From Octopus bimaculoides (lineage: Eukaryota), in assembly GCF_001194135.2 (NCBI RefSeq), contig NC_068982.1:28500781-28558982 (forward strand): a stretch of 58,202 bases of DNA. The letters are read 5' to 3'. Below the pieces are notes generated by a model, which did no database searches, was not told the origin of the DNA, and saw only the letters and a program-made list of their open reading frames with translations. A program made the position numbers and the translations under genes. Below, piece after piece: positions 1 to 12,879 of this stretch (position 1 is its first letter; every line of letters starts with the position of its first letter).

Positions 1-185
1 ATATATGTAAAAATATGTGACAATTATTCGGTAGCCATGATAAAACTCCGAGTTTTATCATGGCTACCGAATAATTGTCACATATTATTTACAGATAAAT
101 TCCTTTACTTACATAATATCGAGATCTCTTTATTTCTTTTGTTGTCTTTTCTATCAATATATATATGTATATATATATATATATG

Positions 186-360
186 TTCTTTTATTCCTTT
201 ACTTGTTTCAGTCATTTGACTGCAGCCATGCTGGAGCACCACCTTAAAGGGTTTTATTCTTTGTAAGCTTGGTAATTCCATCGCTCTGTTTTGTTGAATT
301 GCTAAGTTACAGAAACGCACCAGCATCGGTTGTCAAGCGATGGCAGGGTGACAAACACAC
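186..360 (-). mobile_element. SINE family C, 3' half
   Basis: tttacttgtttcagtcatttgactgcagccatgctggagcacc...gcatcggttgtcaagcgatgg matches copies at 21203-21706 and 49030-49225. Confidence 0.8.
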
Positions 361-545
361 ACGCCCACACACACACAAACACAGACACACACACATACAC
401 ATTCACACATACACACAGAGTATGTGTTTGTATGTATGTATATGTGTATGTATATGTGTATGTATGTATATGTGTATGTATATGTGTATGTGTCTATGTA
501 TGTGTATATGTATGTATATGTTTATGCATGAATTTATGTAATAGT

Positions 546-761
546 TATTCTTTTCTACTCTTGACACAAGGCACGAAATTTTGCTGGAGGGAGCCAGTCG
601 ATTAGATCGACCACAGGACCTAACTGGTACTTAATTTATCGACCCCGAAAGGATGAAAGGCAAAGTCGACTTCGGCGAAATTTGAACTCAGAACGTAACG
701 ACAGGCGAAATACCGCTAAACATTTCGCCCGGCGTGCTAACGTTTACGCCAGCTAGCCGCC
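546..761 (-). mobile_element. SINE family A (tRNA-like head), near full length
   Basis: ggtacttaatttatcgaccccgaaaggatgaaaggcaaagtcgac...gaactcagaacgt core recurs in more than a dozen places in the window. Confidence 0.85.
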
Positions 762-2252
762 TTTAATGTAATAGTATTAGTGACAGAAGCAGTAGGAGTA
801 CCAAAACGCAATCTTTGCATGCAACTAAACGTGGATGTTTTGTTAAAGCCGGGAGTACTACGTTATTTACCATTGGAGGACCTCTCATTTGGAAGCATGG
901 TGTATTCATGGATGGAAGACGATAATTATCTGTAACTTGTGCAGGTGTTGTCACGAAAATCTCCACGGTAATTTGGATATAAAGATTGGCTTATATATTT
1001 ATAAATATTTGTGCATGTGTGTGTGTCTGTGTGTGTGTGTCTTTGTATGCATATGATGCAAATATATAGATATAAATGAATAACACTTTCACACAGNNNN
1101 NNNNNNNNNNNNNNNNNNNNNNNNNNNNNNNNNNNNNNNNNNNNNNNNNNNNNNNNNNNNNNNNNNNNNNNNNNNNNNNNNNNNNNNNNNNNNNNNNNNN
1201 NNNNNNNNNNNNNNNNNNNNNNNNNNNNNNNNNNNNNNNNNNNNNNNNNNNNNNNNNNNNNNNNNNNNNNNNNNNNNNNNNNNNNNNNNNNNNNNNNNNN
1301 NNNNNNNNNNNNNNNNNNNNNNNNNNNNNNNNNNNNNNNNNNNNNNNNNNNNNNNNNNNNNNNNNNNNNNNNNNNNNNNNNNNNNNNNNNNNNNNNNNNN
1401 NNNNNNNNNNNNNNNNNNNNNNNNNNNNNNNNNNNNNNNNNNNNNNNNNNNNNNNNNNNNNNNNNNNNNNNNNNNNNNNNNNNNNNNNNNNNNNNNNNNN
1501 NNNNNNNNNNNNNNNNNNNNNNNNNNNNNNNNNNNNNNNNNNNNNNNNNNNNNNNNNNNNNNNNNNNNNNNNNNCGCATACAGACTCACTTCCACATACA
1601 TGCTCACGCGCGGAAACACAAACTCTCATTCAAATATGCGCGCACATTCATTCATGCCGCTAATATTCGTATCCTAATATTTGCAATCTTACTTTGTGTC
1701 GTGCTTTTGTAATTAACATGCGTATTTAGTACAAAGTCATCATTAGGCACGCTGGCAAATTAACTGTGTGCAATCACTTGTGAAGCACGCGTCACAACAT
1801 CGCTGGAGCGTAATTGTCAAATTGTCACCATACCAAGGAATGTGAGAATGAAGAAAAGCAGAATGCTGGACTAAATTTCATTCTAGCTTTAAATTCATTT
1901 ACATTCTGAATTCAAATTCTCTTGGGATTGGTTTTTGTCTTTACTGAGATCACAAAATGGTTTCAATCAAATTATGAATTGAGATGATCACACGCCTACC
2001 GAAGCCCTGTAACAATCGTTTCTTGTCAAAGCTTGTGACTTTGATATAGCGACTTAGTCGTGTTTGTCTGTAGCAGTGGCTAAACTATTGACGGTGGTTC
2101 TCTAATGTTAAACGAGCTTAATCGCTTAACTATTATTGGTTATTGCTTCATCTGTTCTTTCATTCCACGATTTTCAAATCTTTACTCTTCTCAAATTTTT
2201 AGAATATTATTCTCATCTTCGTGTTCCGATTGGAATTCTATTTTATTGGAAA

Positions 2253-2634
2253 TGTTGTTGTTGTTGTTGTTGTTGGCACTCCGCCGCCTACCACGTCGAG
2301 AGTTCCAGTTGATCCGATCAACGGAACAGTCTGCTCTTGAAGTTAACGTGCAAGTGGCTGAGCACTTCACAGACACGTATACCCTTAACGAAGATCTCAG
2401 GGATATTCAGCGTGACACAGTGTGACAAGGCTGACCCTTTGAATTACAGGCACAACAGAAACAGGAAGTAAGAGTGAGAGAAAGTTGTGGTGAAAGAGTA
2501 CAGCAGGGTTCGCCACCATCCCTTGCCGGAGCCTCGTGGAGCTTTAGGTGTTTTCGCTCAACACTCACAACGCCCGGTCTGGGAATCGAAACCGCAAGTC
2601 CGCTGCCCTAACCACTGGGCCATTGCGCCTCCAC
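2253..2634 (-). mobile_element. SINE family B, full length with small head deletion, (ACA)n tail
   Basis: Reverse complement of the copy at 16804-17190. Confidence 0.9.
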
Positions 2635-2989
2635 ATTGGAGATGCAGGCAGAGGTTAAAACAGTCTGAAGCGCTGTAGTTGTCTCGGCTCCTTCTTTCTG
2701 ACATCACCTGATAGAGGCGGCCATTCCTTACTGTAAACGTAATGTCTTTCCTTTAGGGAGGTTAAGTACCATTCCTTAAAGCTGACGTAATACTATTTCT
2801 TAAAGGTAGATGTTTTCCTGACGGTTATCTCCGTATGAAGTTTAGGGAAACTCTAAACTTACTAAAAATGGCTGGCGCTGTCTGTTAGTTATCAGTGATA
2901 ATGATGACGACGGCGTGACTAATGAATGTATTTATATTTTGTTGCTATAGTTGTCAGTTTTCTAATTGATGTTGCTATTTCTATTACAT

Positions 2990-3215
2990 TTTAACCTTTT
3001 ACTTGTTTTAGTCATTAAGCTGCGGCCATGCTGAAACAATGCTTTGATGTTCTGAATTTCTTAGTCGAATAAATCGGCCCCAGTACTTATTTTTTAAAAC
3101 CTAGTACTTATTCTAACGGTCTGTTTTGCCGAAGCACTGAATTATCCGAAAAATAGGACATATAAAACACACAGCGCTTCACAAACTGTAGGCGGGTAAC
3201 AAACTCACACACAAA
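2990..3215 (-). mobile_element. SINE family C, degenerate 3' half
   Basis: ttttacttgttttagtcattaagctgcggccatgctg...ctagtacttattctaacggtctgttttgccgaa. Confidence 0.7.
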
Positions 3216-4255
3216 AATACATGCACACAAACACACGCAAATACATGCATGGTTTTGAAATTTTTACATATATACGTACAAACATGCATGCATGCAGGCA
3301 TAGCTGCCTACCTAACTCCATACATATATCCATAAATATATACATACATACATTCATACGTACATACATAGACACACGCACGCACACACAAACACACACA
3401 CAAACACACACACAGACACACACACACACACACACTCACACAAACACAGCGATCTTCCACACTTTCTCACTCCAGTTTTCCTAATTTTACTTTCAACATA
3501 TTCACCACGTTACCGCTCAAAATGAGATCGAATCTAGAGTCGTGTCTCCACGTATATTACTCATATCATTCACATATGAAAACGAATATAACCTATATTT
3601 GCAAACATAAAAAGTAACCTAAAGCAAGCATTAATATGGAAGCTTTTGCTGACGGTAACTTTATTACAAAGTGACATTAACCACAGCTGCAGTCATCTTA
3701 ATGCTTTTTGTAAGTTATCATTCAAATCATATTGCTGAATTTCATAGGTTTGTAACTGATGCGTTCATGATAGATACATTTCACACTCAGTTACCCTTAT
3801 ATCATATTTAACAACTAAAAAGATATTAGACATAGGTGACATATCAATCATAATCATTTGCCAACCAATGAACATTAACACCAAAACCAACAACATAGGA
3901 GAAATTAAATACTGATCACAACGTCAAAATATTAAACATGGCGAAATTTTTGCTTGGAAAGCTTACAGTATCGCATTTAAGGTATTTGAAAGAAAAACAA
4001 ACAAAAAAAAAATAGTGAAAGAATGATATCTTCAATGAAAATTGTTTTTAGATATTTAAGAGTAAATGACAATTTTAGCTAAACATGCATATATACACGT
4101 AAGTACATACACACACACAAACACACAAATGTGTATGCTTGTATGTATGTTTGTGTGTAGAAAGGACGACAGTTGTTTCTGAAGGTTCGGAGTTACTTCA
4201 TAATGTATGTGCATGCATGTTTATTCATATACATACATACACACACATACGTACA

Positions 4256-4286
<31 letters not shown>

Positions 4287-4304
4287 GGGAGAATTTACGA
4301 AAAA

Positions 4305-4460
4305 AACAACAGACGAGGACAGGTGGTGTAAACATCAAATGGATGTATTAGTTTAACGCTCGGGAATAGAGAAAGTCTTTAACGTTTCGAGCTACGCTCT
4401 TCAACTGAAAGGAACACAGAAAGAAATAAGGAGAAAAACAAGGAGAAAAAAATATATAAA
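4305..4460 (-). mobile_element. Short Penelope-pLTR-like repeat carrying a hammerhead-like motif
   Basis: Shares cacctgtcctcgtctgttg and gaagagcgtagctcgaaacgt with 19169-19300 and 27490-27640. Confidence 0.6.
4375..4412 (-). ncRNA. Minimal hammerhead-ribozyme-like motif (variant, degenerate)
   Basis: Minus strand: ccttt-cagttgaa-gagc-gta-gctc-gaaa-cgt-t-aaagac. Confidence 0.45.
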
Positions 4461-4484
4461 TGTAGTGGTCAGCGATCTATCATA

Positions 4485-4518
<34 letters not shown>

Positions 4519-4752
4519 AGCACAGATATATGCGTTGGTGAAAGTGAACAGGCGAAGTATTTAACACAAATACAGAGCGAAATGTTTACTTTAAGCCTAG
4601 CAGACCCAATAATGTATGGAGCGCCCCGAAGTATAGCTGGTCTCTTAGAATTGCTCTATTCTGAAGAACTAAACTACATTTCAAAGAATCTCCAGAGTAA
4701 AAGGCCACCGAATCAGCCGAAAAACACCCCTCTCTCTCTCTCTCTCTCTCTC

Positions 4753-4838
<86 letters not shown>

Positions 4839-4874
4839 ATAGCGGTAGGAATTCCAGCACCATATCTTCGGAGC

Positions 4875-5190
4875 GTTTCAACAAAATTGCATCAGAACTT
4901 TGAAATGTATATCTAGCTAACACAACTGAGTGCCCCAGAACCAACAACTTGCATCAAGACTAAGATAACAAGTTTTATCATCATATCGGATTCCAGCATC
5001 CATCTATTTGGAAACTTATTAAAATCATTCTCAAAGAAGAGCCTGCTGTTAATGGAGTGATTGCTAGTCGGAGGACTTCCCAAGAGAAAGAGAAACCAAG
5101 ATGCCTTGATCTGCCACGATAACTTAAAGGTTTGTTCAGAGACTATCCTGCAAGTTGGTAGAATCTCGGCGGAGACTTGGTCACAAAACG
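4875..5190 (+). mobile_element. MULE (Mutator-like) transposase C-terminal remnant
   Basis: Manual translation EL*NVYLANTTECPRTNNLHQD*DNKFYHHIGFQHPSIWKLIKIILKEE resembles the MULE motif WNV..PRTNN..EGW.....HPSIWK....KEE; stops and frameshifts present. Confidence 0.65.
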
Positions 5191-5647
5191 AGATTTACTC
5201 TAAAACAACGTTCATCATTGCAGTGGTGCTGTTGTTTTTTCATAGAAGTACATTGCTTATATTTTTTGTGAATAATGTATAACTGAATACAGTACGCTAT
5301 AATATGTTTTAAAAAATGTTACGATCTGATTTTTTATTTGTTATTTATTTTTCATAAACAAAGGCGGTGCAACAGCATGGCTGCAGTCTAATGACTGACA
5401 CAAGTAAAAGGTAAAAGAAATGATCTTATTTGTGCCATTTTTTTCCTATTTACTAATCGTGTCTTTTTGCTGTGACATATTTTCCTGCGGTATTACAACC
5501 TAAATTCATACACGCATACACACACACACGCGCACGCACGCATACGGAGTTAGGCACAGAGGTACCTACGCAAACATACATCTGTGCGTATACATGCACT
5601 CAAGCATCACACACACACACACACACTCACGCACACACACACGCACG

Positions 5648-5701
<54 letters not shown>

Positions 5702-5752
5702 TAAATATATCAACACTTCCTGAATTATGTGGCAATACATACATATACACAA

Positions 5753-5957
5753 GGCGACGAGATGGCAAAAACGTTACAGTACTGAGCAAAATGCTTCGCG
5801 GCATTTCGTCTGCCTTTAAATTCTGAGTTCAAATTCCGCAGAGATTATCTTTGCCTTTCATCATTTCGGGACAGATAAAAGTACCAGTTGAACACTGGGG
5901 TCGATGTAATCGACTTACATCTCCTTTGTAAATGCTTTCTTTGCGCCAAAATTTTAA
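5753..5957 (+). mobile_element. SINE family A
   Basis: ggcgacgagatggcaaaaacgtta...ttctgagttcaaattccgc...gtaccagttgaacactggggtcgatgtaatcgac. Confidence 0.8.
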
Positions 5958-6190
5958 ACCTGTACATACATATATACATATATACACATATACATATGTG
6001 TGTCTCTTTGTCTATCTTCTTTCTTGTTGTTTTTGCTCGCCGTCGACGCCACCGCATGGGGATATATTATTATCGTTAAGGCACAAAATTGCGCCTGACC
6101 CTCTGACCGAGAACTGATGAGGCGTTAGACCCCTTCTTTGCCTGTTTCCCGTTTGTTTCTGCATTTATATGTTTGACTTACTACATACAA

Positions 6191-6237
<47 letters not shown>

Positions 6238-8018
6238 NNNNNNNNNNNNNNNNNNNNNNNNNNNNNNNNNNNNNNNNNNNNNNNNNNNNNNNNNNNNNNN
6301 NNNNNNNNNNNNNNNNNNNNNNNNNNNNNNNNNNNNNNNNNNNNNNNNNNNNNNNNNNNNNNNNNNNNNNNNNNNNNNNNNNNNNNNNNNNNNNNNNNNN
6401 NNNNNNNNNNNNNNNNNNNNNNNNNNNNNNNNNNNNNNNNNNNNNNNNNNNNNNNNNNNNNNNNNNNNNNNNNNNNNNNNNNNNNNNNNNNNNNNNNNNN
6501 NNNNNNNNNNNNNNNNNNNNNNNNNNNNNNNNNNNNNNNNNNNNNNNNNNNNNNNNNNNNNNNNNNNNNNNNNNNNNNNNNNNNNNNNNNNNNNNNNNNN
6601 NNNNNNNNNNNNNNNNNNNNNNNNNNNNNNNNNNNNNNNNNNNNNNNNNNNNNNNNNNNNNNNNNNNNNNNNNNNNNNNNNNNNNNNNNNNNNNNNNNNN
6701 NNNNNNNNNNNNNNNNNNNNNNNNNNNNNNNNNNNNNNNNNNNNNNNNNNNNNNNNNNNNNNNNNNNNNNNNNNNNNNNNNNNNNNNNNNNNNNNNNNNN
6801 NNNNNNNNNNNNNNNNNNNNNNNNNNNNNNNNNNNNNNNNNNNNNNNNNNNNNNNNNNNNNNNNNNNNNNNNNNNNNNNNNNNNNNNNNNNNNNNNNNNN
6901 NNNNNNNNNNNNNNNNNNNNNNNNNNNNNNNNNNNNNNNNNNNNNNNNNNNNNNNNNNNNNNNNNNNNNNNNNNNNNNNNNNNNNNNNNNNNNNNNNNNN
7001 NNNNNNNNNNNNNNNNNNNNNNNNNNNNNNNNNNNNNNNNNNNNNNNNNNNNNNNNNNNNNATATATATGCATGCGCATCAACGTTTACTTTTGGTACTT
7101 GTTGCCTGACCTTTCACATCTCATATATGAAACTTTTCATTATCTTGAAACATTATATCAACCGTTTGCGAGTGTGCGATATATTTTCAATTCCCTTTTT
7201 ATCATTGCAGAAAATTATATAAGCACGATATTTTCACGCTCGGGCAAGTTTTTTTCAGTTCATGCTTTCATTATATAACTACTCCATTCTATCTTTGAAT
7301 TGCCTGCGCTTGGACGGGCGAGTTAAACGACTGAAAAAATAGTATTTCCCGCGTGTCTCTTCCCTTTTATTCATTCATTCATTCATTCATTCATTCATTC
7401 ATTCGTTCATTGTTGCTTTTTATCTTTATTCTTTCTTTCTTTCTTTCTTTCTTTCTCACCTTTCCTTGTTTGTTTCTTTCTTTCGTTGGTTTCTCTTCTT
7501 TCTGCCTTTTTTTTTTACCCTTAGAAGCAACAGACCAACAGACATATACACATGTGTGTATGTGCGTATTTGTGGGTGTGTCAAAGTATGTTTCCTGTGT
7601 TTGTTTGCGTATGTGAGTGCGCTCTTGGGCTTGCGAGTGCATATATGTGTATGTGTGCATGTGTGTGTGTGTGTGTGTGTGTGCTTACGCACCCATGTTT
7701 GTTAGTGTACTTTGTGCATGCGTGTGTACGTTAGTCTGGGTGCGTATTTACATACCTGTGCGTGAGTGTGATGTTCGATACTTAACAGAACAAAAATATT
7801 TGAACTCTTTAACAAATAATGTAGAATTAACTGCTATATATCAGTAGTAATTTTACAAGGTTTTACTGCATGAGATATTACGCATTACCTTCCTCAACTA
7901 TTAGTAGATTTTCTGTTAATCTATACAATATCTTTCTTAATGATCGTAGATCTTCATCAAACTTTATTCGTATTCCGGAAATACACATGTAAATATATGC
8001 CTCCATACATACATACAT

Positions 8019-8282
8019 AAAAAAATAAATGCGCCCTTTTAAACCCTAGTCAGGCTCATGGGCCCACTTTCCCGGTTTCTATGGCGTATGTGTCCCCCCA
8101 CCCACCTGGACGGGACGCCAGTCCATCGCAGCGTTACTCATTTTTGCCAAATGAGTGGACTGGAGCAACGTGAAATGAAGTGTTTTGCCCAAGAACACAA
8201 CGCGTTGCCCGGTCCAGGAATCGAAACCACAGTCTTACGATCATGACGCTGATACCTTAACCACTAAGCCACGCACCTCCAC
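8019..8282 (-). mobile_element. SINE family D (tRNA head plus CORE-like middle), full length
   Basis: Minus strand starts ggaggtgcgtggcttagtggttaagg with B-box-like ggtttcgattcc; matches 56649-56900 and 17755-18001. Confidence 0.85.
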
Positions 8283-8675
8283 GCATACATACATACATAC
8301 ATACATACATACATACATACATACATACGTACGTACATACATACATGCATACATATACTTACATAAAAGTATATATATCCTCTGAAATATATATATATAT
8401 NNNNNNNNNNNNNNNNNNNNNNNNNNNNNNNNNNNNNNNNNNNNNNNNNNNNNNNNNNNNNNNNNNNNNNNNNNNNNNNNNNNNNNNNNNNNNNNNNNNN
8501 NNNNNNNNNNNNNNNNNNNNNNNNNNNNNNNNNNNNNNNNNNNNNNNNNNNNNNNNNNNNNNNNNNNNNNNNNNNNNNNNNNNNNNNNNNNNNNNNNNNN
8601 NNNNNNNNNNNNNNNNNNNNNNNNNNNNNNNNNNNNNATATATATATACATATATGCACAGATGCGTACATATAA

Positions 8676-9090
8676 GGTGGTTGCCAACTCGGCGACGGAT
8701 ATGACCGTCAATGACGAATAATCTTGTCCTGGATGACAGAGACAATGGCTGTCAGCAATGCTCACACTGGAATTTAAAGTCGAACATAGCTTGTACAACA
8801 TAATTAAGACTTTCAACAAAGAAGCCAAGTAGTCTTGAGCGAGGATCTCCGGCTTCGCAATGAAGCGGGTGGTATTTCGGAGATGTCTTAACAAAGACTA
8901 AAGATCTCTCACTCTCAGCTGTTGAATTGCTGTTGACTGTATGGAGATCTTCCTTTCACAAGTTTTGTTCTTCATCCTGTAAGGTGTCCCTCGAAAACCA
9001 CCATCGTTAGCAAGACAGCTTTGTAGGGTTGTTAGTTTAGTCGCCGATGGCCAAACGATGCGACAGGTTGTGTACTGAATTACGTTGCCA
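8676..9090 (-). mobile_element. Degenerate RTE-like LINE 3' fragment
   Basis: Frameshifted minus-strand pieces GGFRGTPYRMKNKTC / KEDLHTVN / FKFQCEHC..GHIRRR; terminal hairpin gacgg-tcatat-ccgtc; ends caaccacc then TA/TG repeats. Confidence 0.45.
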
Positions 9091-9151
9091 GTAGCACTAA
9101 GATTAACCTAACATACATACATACATACATACATACATTTCTATGTATATA

Positions 9152-9209
<58 letters not shown>

Positions 9210-9380
9210 CGCAAAGCCATCAAGTTTGGGTGAAGGAACTTAGTCGAGAGCATCGGTTCCAGTATTTGACTGGTAGTTATTTTATTGACATTAATGAAAG
9301 GCAAAGTTGATCTCGATAGGATTTAGAACACAAAATGTAACGAACTGGAAGATACATACATACATACATACATACATACA

Positions 9381-9547
9381 TGTTGTTGGCACTCCGTCGC
9401 TTACGACGTCGAGGGTTCCAGTTGATCCGATCAACAGAACAGCCTGCTCGTGAAATTAACGTGCAAGTGGCTGAGCACTCCACAGACACGTGTACCCTTA
9501 ACGTAGTTCTCGGGGATATTCAGCGTGACACATAGCCTGACAGGTCA
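9381..9547 (-). mobile_element. SINE family B, 3' part cut by assembly gap
   Basis: Near identical to the reverse complement of ~17030-17190. Confidence 0.9.
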
Positions 9548-9910
9548 NNNNNNNNNNNNNNNNNNNNNNNNNNNNNNNNNNNNNNNNNNNNNNNNNNNNN
9601 NNNNNNNNNNNNNNNNNNNNNNNNNNNNNNNNNNNNNNNNNNNNNNNNNNNNNNNNNNNNNNNNNNNNNNNNNNNNNNNNNNNNNNNNNNNNNNNNNNNN
9701 NNNNNNNNNNNNNNNNNNNNNNNNNNNNNNNNNNNNNNNNNNNNNNNNNNNNNNNNNNNNNNNNNNNNNNNNNNNNNNNNNNNNNNNNNNNNNNNNNNNN
9801 NNNNNNNNNNNNNNNNNNNNNNNNNNNNNNNNNNNNNNNNNNNNNNCACACATACATACATACATACATGCATGCATGTATGTATGTATGTATGTATGTA
9901 TGTATGTATG

Positions 9911-9945
<35 letters not shown>

Positions 9946-9947
9946 TT

Positions 9948-10011
<64 letters not shown>

Positions 10012-11057
10012 CACACACACACACACTTAAATATATATATACATACGTAGTTACACTTTTATTCAATATTAAGTAATCGGCAATAGATTAAAGTAAAACA
10101 GGTGTGGTTCTATCTTATTTCATAACCTGTTTAATATCGACAGTTTTCTACACAATGCCATTGTCTGGCAGTGTTTATTTTACACAAAGAGTAAGCGGAT
10201 ATCAGTATATTTGATACTCGGACCGCCAAAGATCTGCGAATTACAATATAATATGAGGTAGGAAAATAAATAAAATCTCACATCGCCCAAAGTGACAAAA
10301 CGCATGAGCAAACAGAGTTCTAAGATTAAGACATTCATCAAAGTTTGCATTATAACCATCTAGGAATTCTGTGGATGTCATCTTGGACAAATCTCAAGTA
10401 AAGAAAAATTCTTTCAGAGATCTTGCCTTGAAACGCAGAACTAATCGAGAAGTGAAAGCTAAATTAGAAGAATGGTACAAGACCGGTAGAAACAGGTGGT
10501 TTTTCCAAAAACTATGATTCTAAAATGTTTTTTCCAGTAAATAAATATTATAACATTAAAAAAAACAATCTGTTATACTGATTGCAGTATCTGTATGTTA
10601 CTTTACTTTATCGATCAGGAAGGATGAAAAGTAAAGTAGTTAACCGTGGCAGGATTTGAGTACAATAATGCATTTTGTTCGATGCTCTTAGAATTCTGCC
10701 CATTTATTTCCAATGTAGAGGTATTAAAATAAAAATTAGTTTATCCCAGACATAGCCGTGTTTAGGCTGCTAACATAGTGTCATCAGTGGAGGAAAAGAG
10801 TTGTCTGCGCTTAGCAGCCTGATAACGTGTTATGAGAAATGAGGTGAGAAAGCTTTAATAAATCGCTGTTGCCGATCAGCGAATGAATCTCATGTACAAC
10901 AAGCATGGAATTTGCTATTCACACGCAGCTTATAGATATGTTTTACAAATGTATAATGTTCTACAGCTTTAAGCACTCTGAGTTTCAAGCAAATATTTAT
11001 TAATATTTATTTATTAAGCAAATATTTATCACACATTTATTTATTAAGCAAATATTT

Positions 11058-11170
11058 ATCACACTCAGACAGACATCTACTATTATATTGCTACGTTTTA
11101 TAAAAGAAAAGTATACGCAAAATGTTTAGTGATTATGGGTTTGATATTTAGAAATATCGAAAAATACTTT
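11058..11170 (+). repeat. ~115-bp direct repeat, copy 1 (copy 2 at 12764-12879)
   Basis: atcacactcagacagacatc...tagtgattatggg.tgatatttagaaatatcgaaaaatacttt in both. Confidence 0.9.
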
Positions 11171-11206
11171 AAACTAATGCCTTAAAACTAATTAATATAT
11201 CATGAT

Positions 11207-11377
11207 GGCGGCAAGCTGGAAGAATCGTTAGTACGCCGGGCAAAATACTTAGCGGCATTTCGTCCGTCTTTACGTTCGGAGTCTATAAAATGAGTACCAG
11301 TTGAATATTGGGGGTCAATATACTAGACTCCCTCCACCACAAAAAACTGCTGGCCCTGTGTCAAAATTTGAATCCAG
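11207..11377 (+). mobile_element. SINE family A with internal deletion
   Basis: ggcggcaagctggaagaatcgttagtacgccgggc...aaaatgagtaccagttg. Confidence 0.8.
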
Positions 11378-11940
11378 TATATCTTCCAATGTAAATTTAT
11401 GTAATAGTCCCGTGTGTGTGTGTGTGTGTGTGTGTGTATTGCTGGTTTCCTGTCTTGAACATTCTCAAGATGAGATTTGAATTAGCAATCGATAGACAAC
11501 AAACAAAATAAATAAATATATGAAACCTCATGCCATTCACGGTGTGCAGAAATAACATTTAACTGCAGCAACAGTGCATACATAAGTCAGTTATGGCTTA
11601 ACGAGAGCGATAGCATAGTACACTCAATACCTAAGAAAAGAATATTAGCGACTGTTTGGAATGACAATTTCTTCCCATCATTCTCATACGATTAAAAAAA
11701 AAACAGAACACCGTTATTTTCTCGTTTTAATACAAAGCTATATCTTACGTAATTATTCTATAACTACAAAAGAAGATTCTAGATTTCCGGAGTTACAAAC
11801 TGAAGTGTAATTTAATTTCAAGCCTCATTGTTATTTTCACCCCACCTCTCTGATTATGTAACACAATGTCTCTTCTTTTCGGGCCTAAATTTACATGTAG
11901 TTTCTTATTTCAAAGATAACCAATAGTATTTAACTGTCTT

Positions 11941-12017
<77 letters not shown>

Positions 12018-12763
12018 CGTCTGTCTGTCTGTCAAGTTAGCTAGCTAGCTAGGCAGCTACTGCTTTATTCCTTCGTCTTTCTACCTACTCATACCTACCT
12101 ACCTACCTACCTACCTATCTACCTACATACATACATGCGATATAAGATAAACGTTTTTAGCTTGTTATTAATGTCAGTTTATTGGGAATATTGCGGCCAT
12201 AGGTTTAACTGGGTTGGGTATTAGCTAGTAATTACGTTATGATGGATTTTACTTCACCAATTCACTCACTCTTACTCTATCTCTCTCTCTCTCTTACACA
12301 CGCACAAGCACATTAACACACATACACACGCGCGCGCGTACACATTAAAATACAGCAAACGCCTTTAAATCGGGAGCAGTTGTCATTTTCCTTGCTACGA
12401 CGACGAAAAATGTGTTCTCCGCTATATAAACGAATCTCCAATTCATCCTGTATATAACAGTTTATTGTTGGGTGGCAGGTACCAGCACTGATCAGAAAAA
12501 CAGCTTGTGTGCTAGAATTATAAATAAGATACCGGCTTTTGTTTAGATGAATTTGTCCGATATCCATTGTACTAAAGAATTGAGTATATTATGAACACAT
12601 TGCCGTTGTAAAAGAGACTGTTTTGTGACGAACACTGCAAGGATTAGCATATTTGCGTTATAATCTGCAGGAAAGGATTAAGAATACGCAAGTCGTCATT
12701 TCAAATCTCGCTGTTTATTCAACATAGCACAATTTATCGAACAACTCTCTATGTCAAGAAAAT

Positions 12764-12879
12764 ATCACACTCAGACAGACATCTTCTACTATTATATTGC
12801 TACGCTTTATAAAAGCAAAGTATACGTAAAATGTTTAGTGATTATGGGTCTGATATTTAGAAATATCGAAAAATACTTT
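12764..12879 (+). repeat. ~115-bp direct repeat, copy 2
   Basis: Aligns by eye to 11058-11170 with a few substitutions and a 3-bp indel. Confidence 0.9.

Noticed and set aside
6105-6145. CTGATGA as a hammerhead core
   Set aside because: No stem II followed by GAAA downstream.
7235-7355. Partial inverted repeat (cacg...ttttttcagt / actgaaaaaa...gcgtg)
   Set aside because: Too many mismatches and no TSD.
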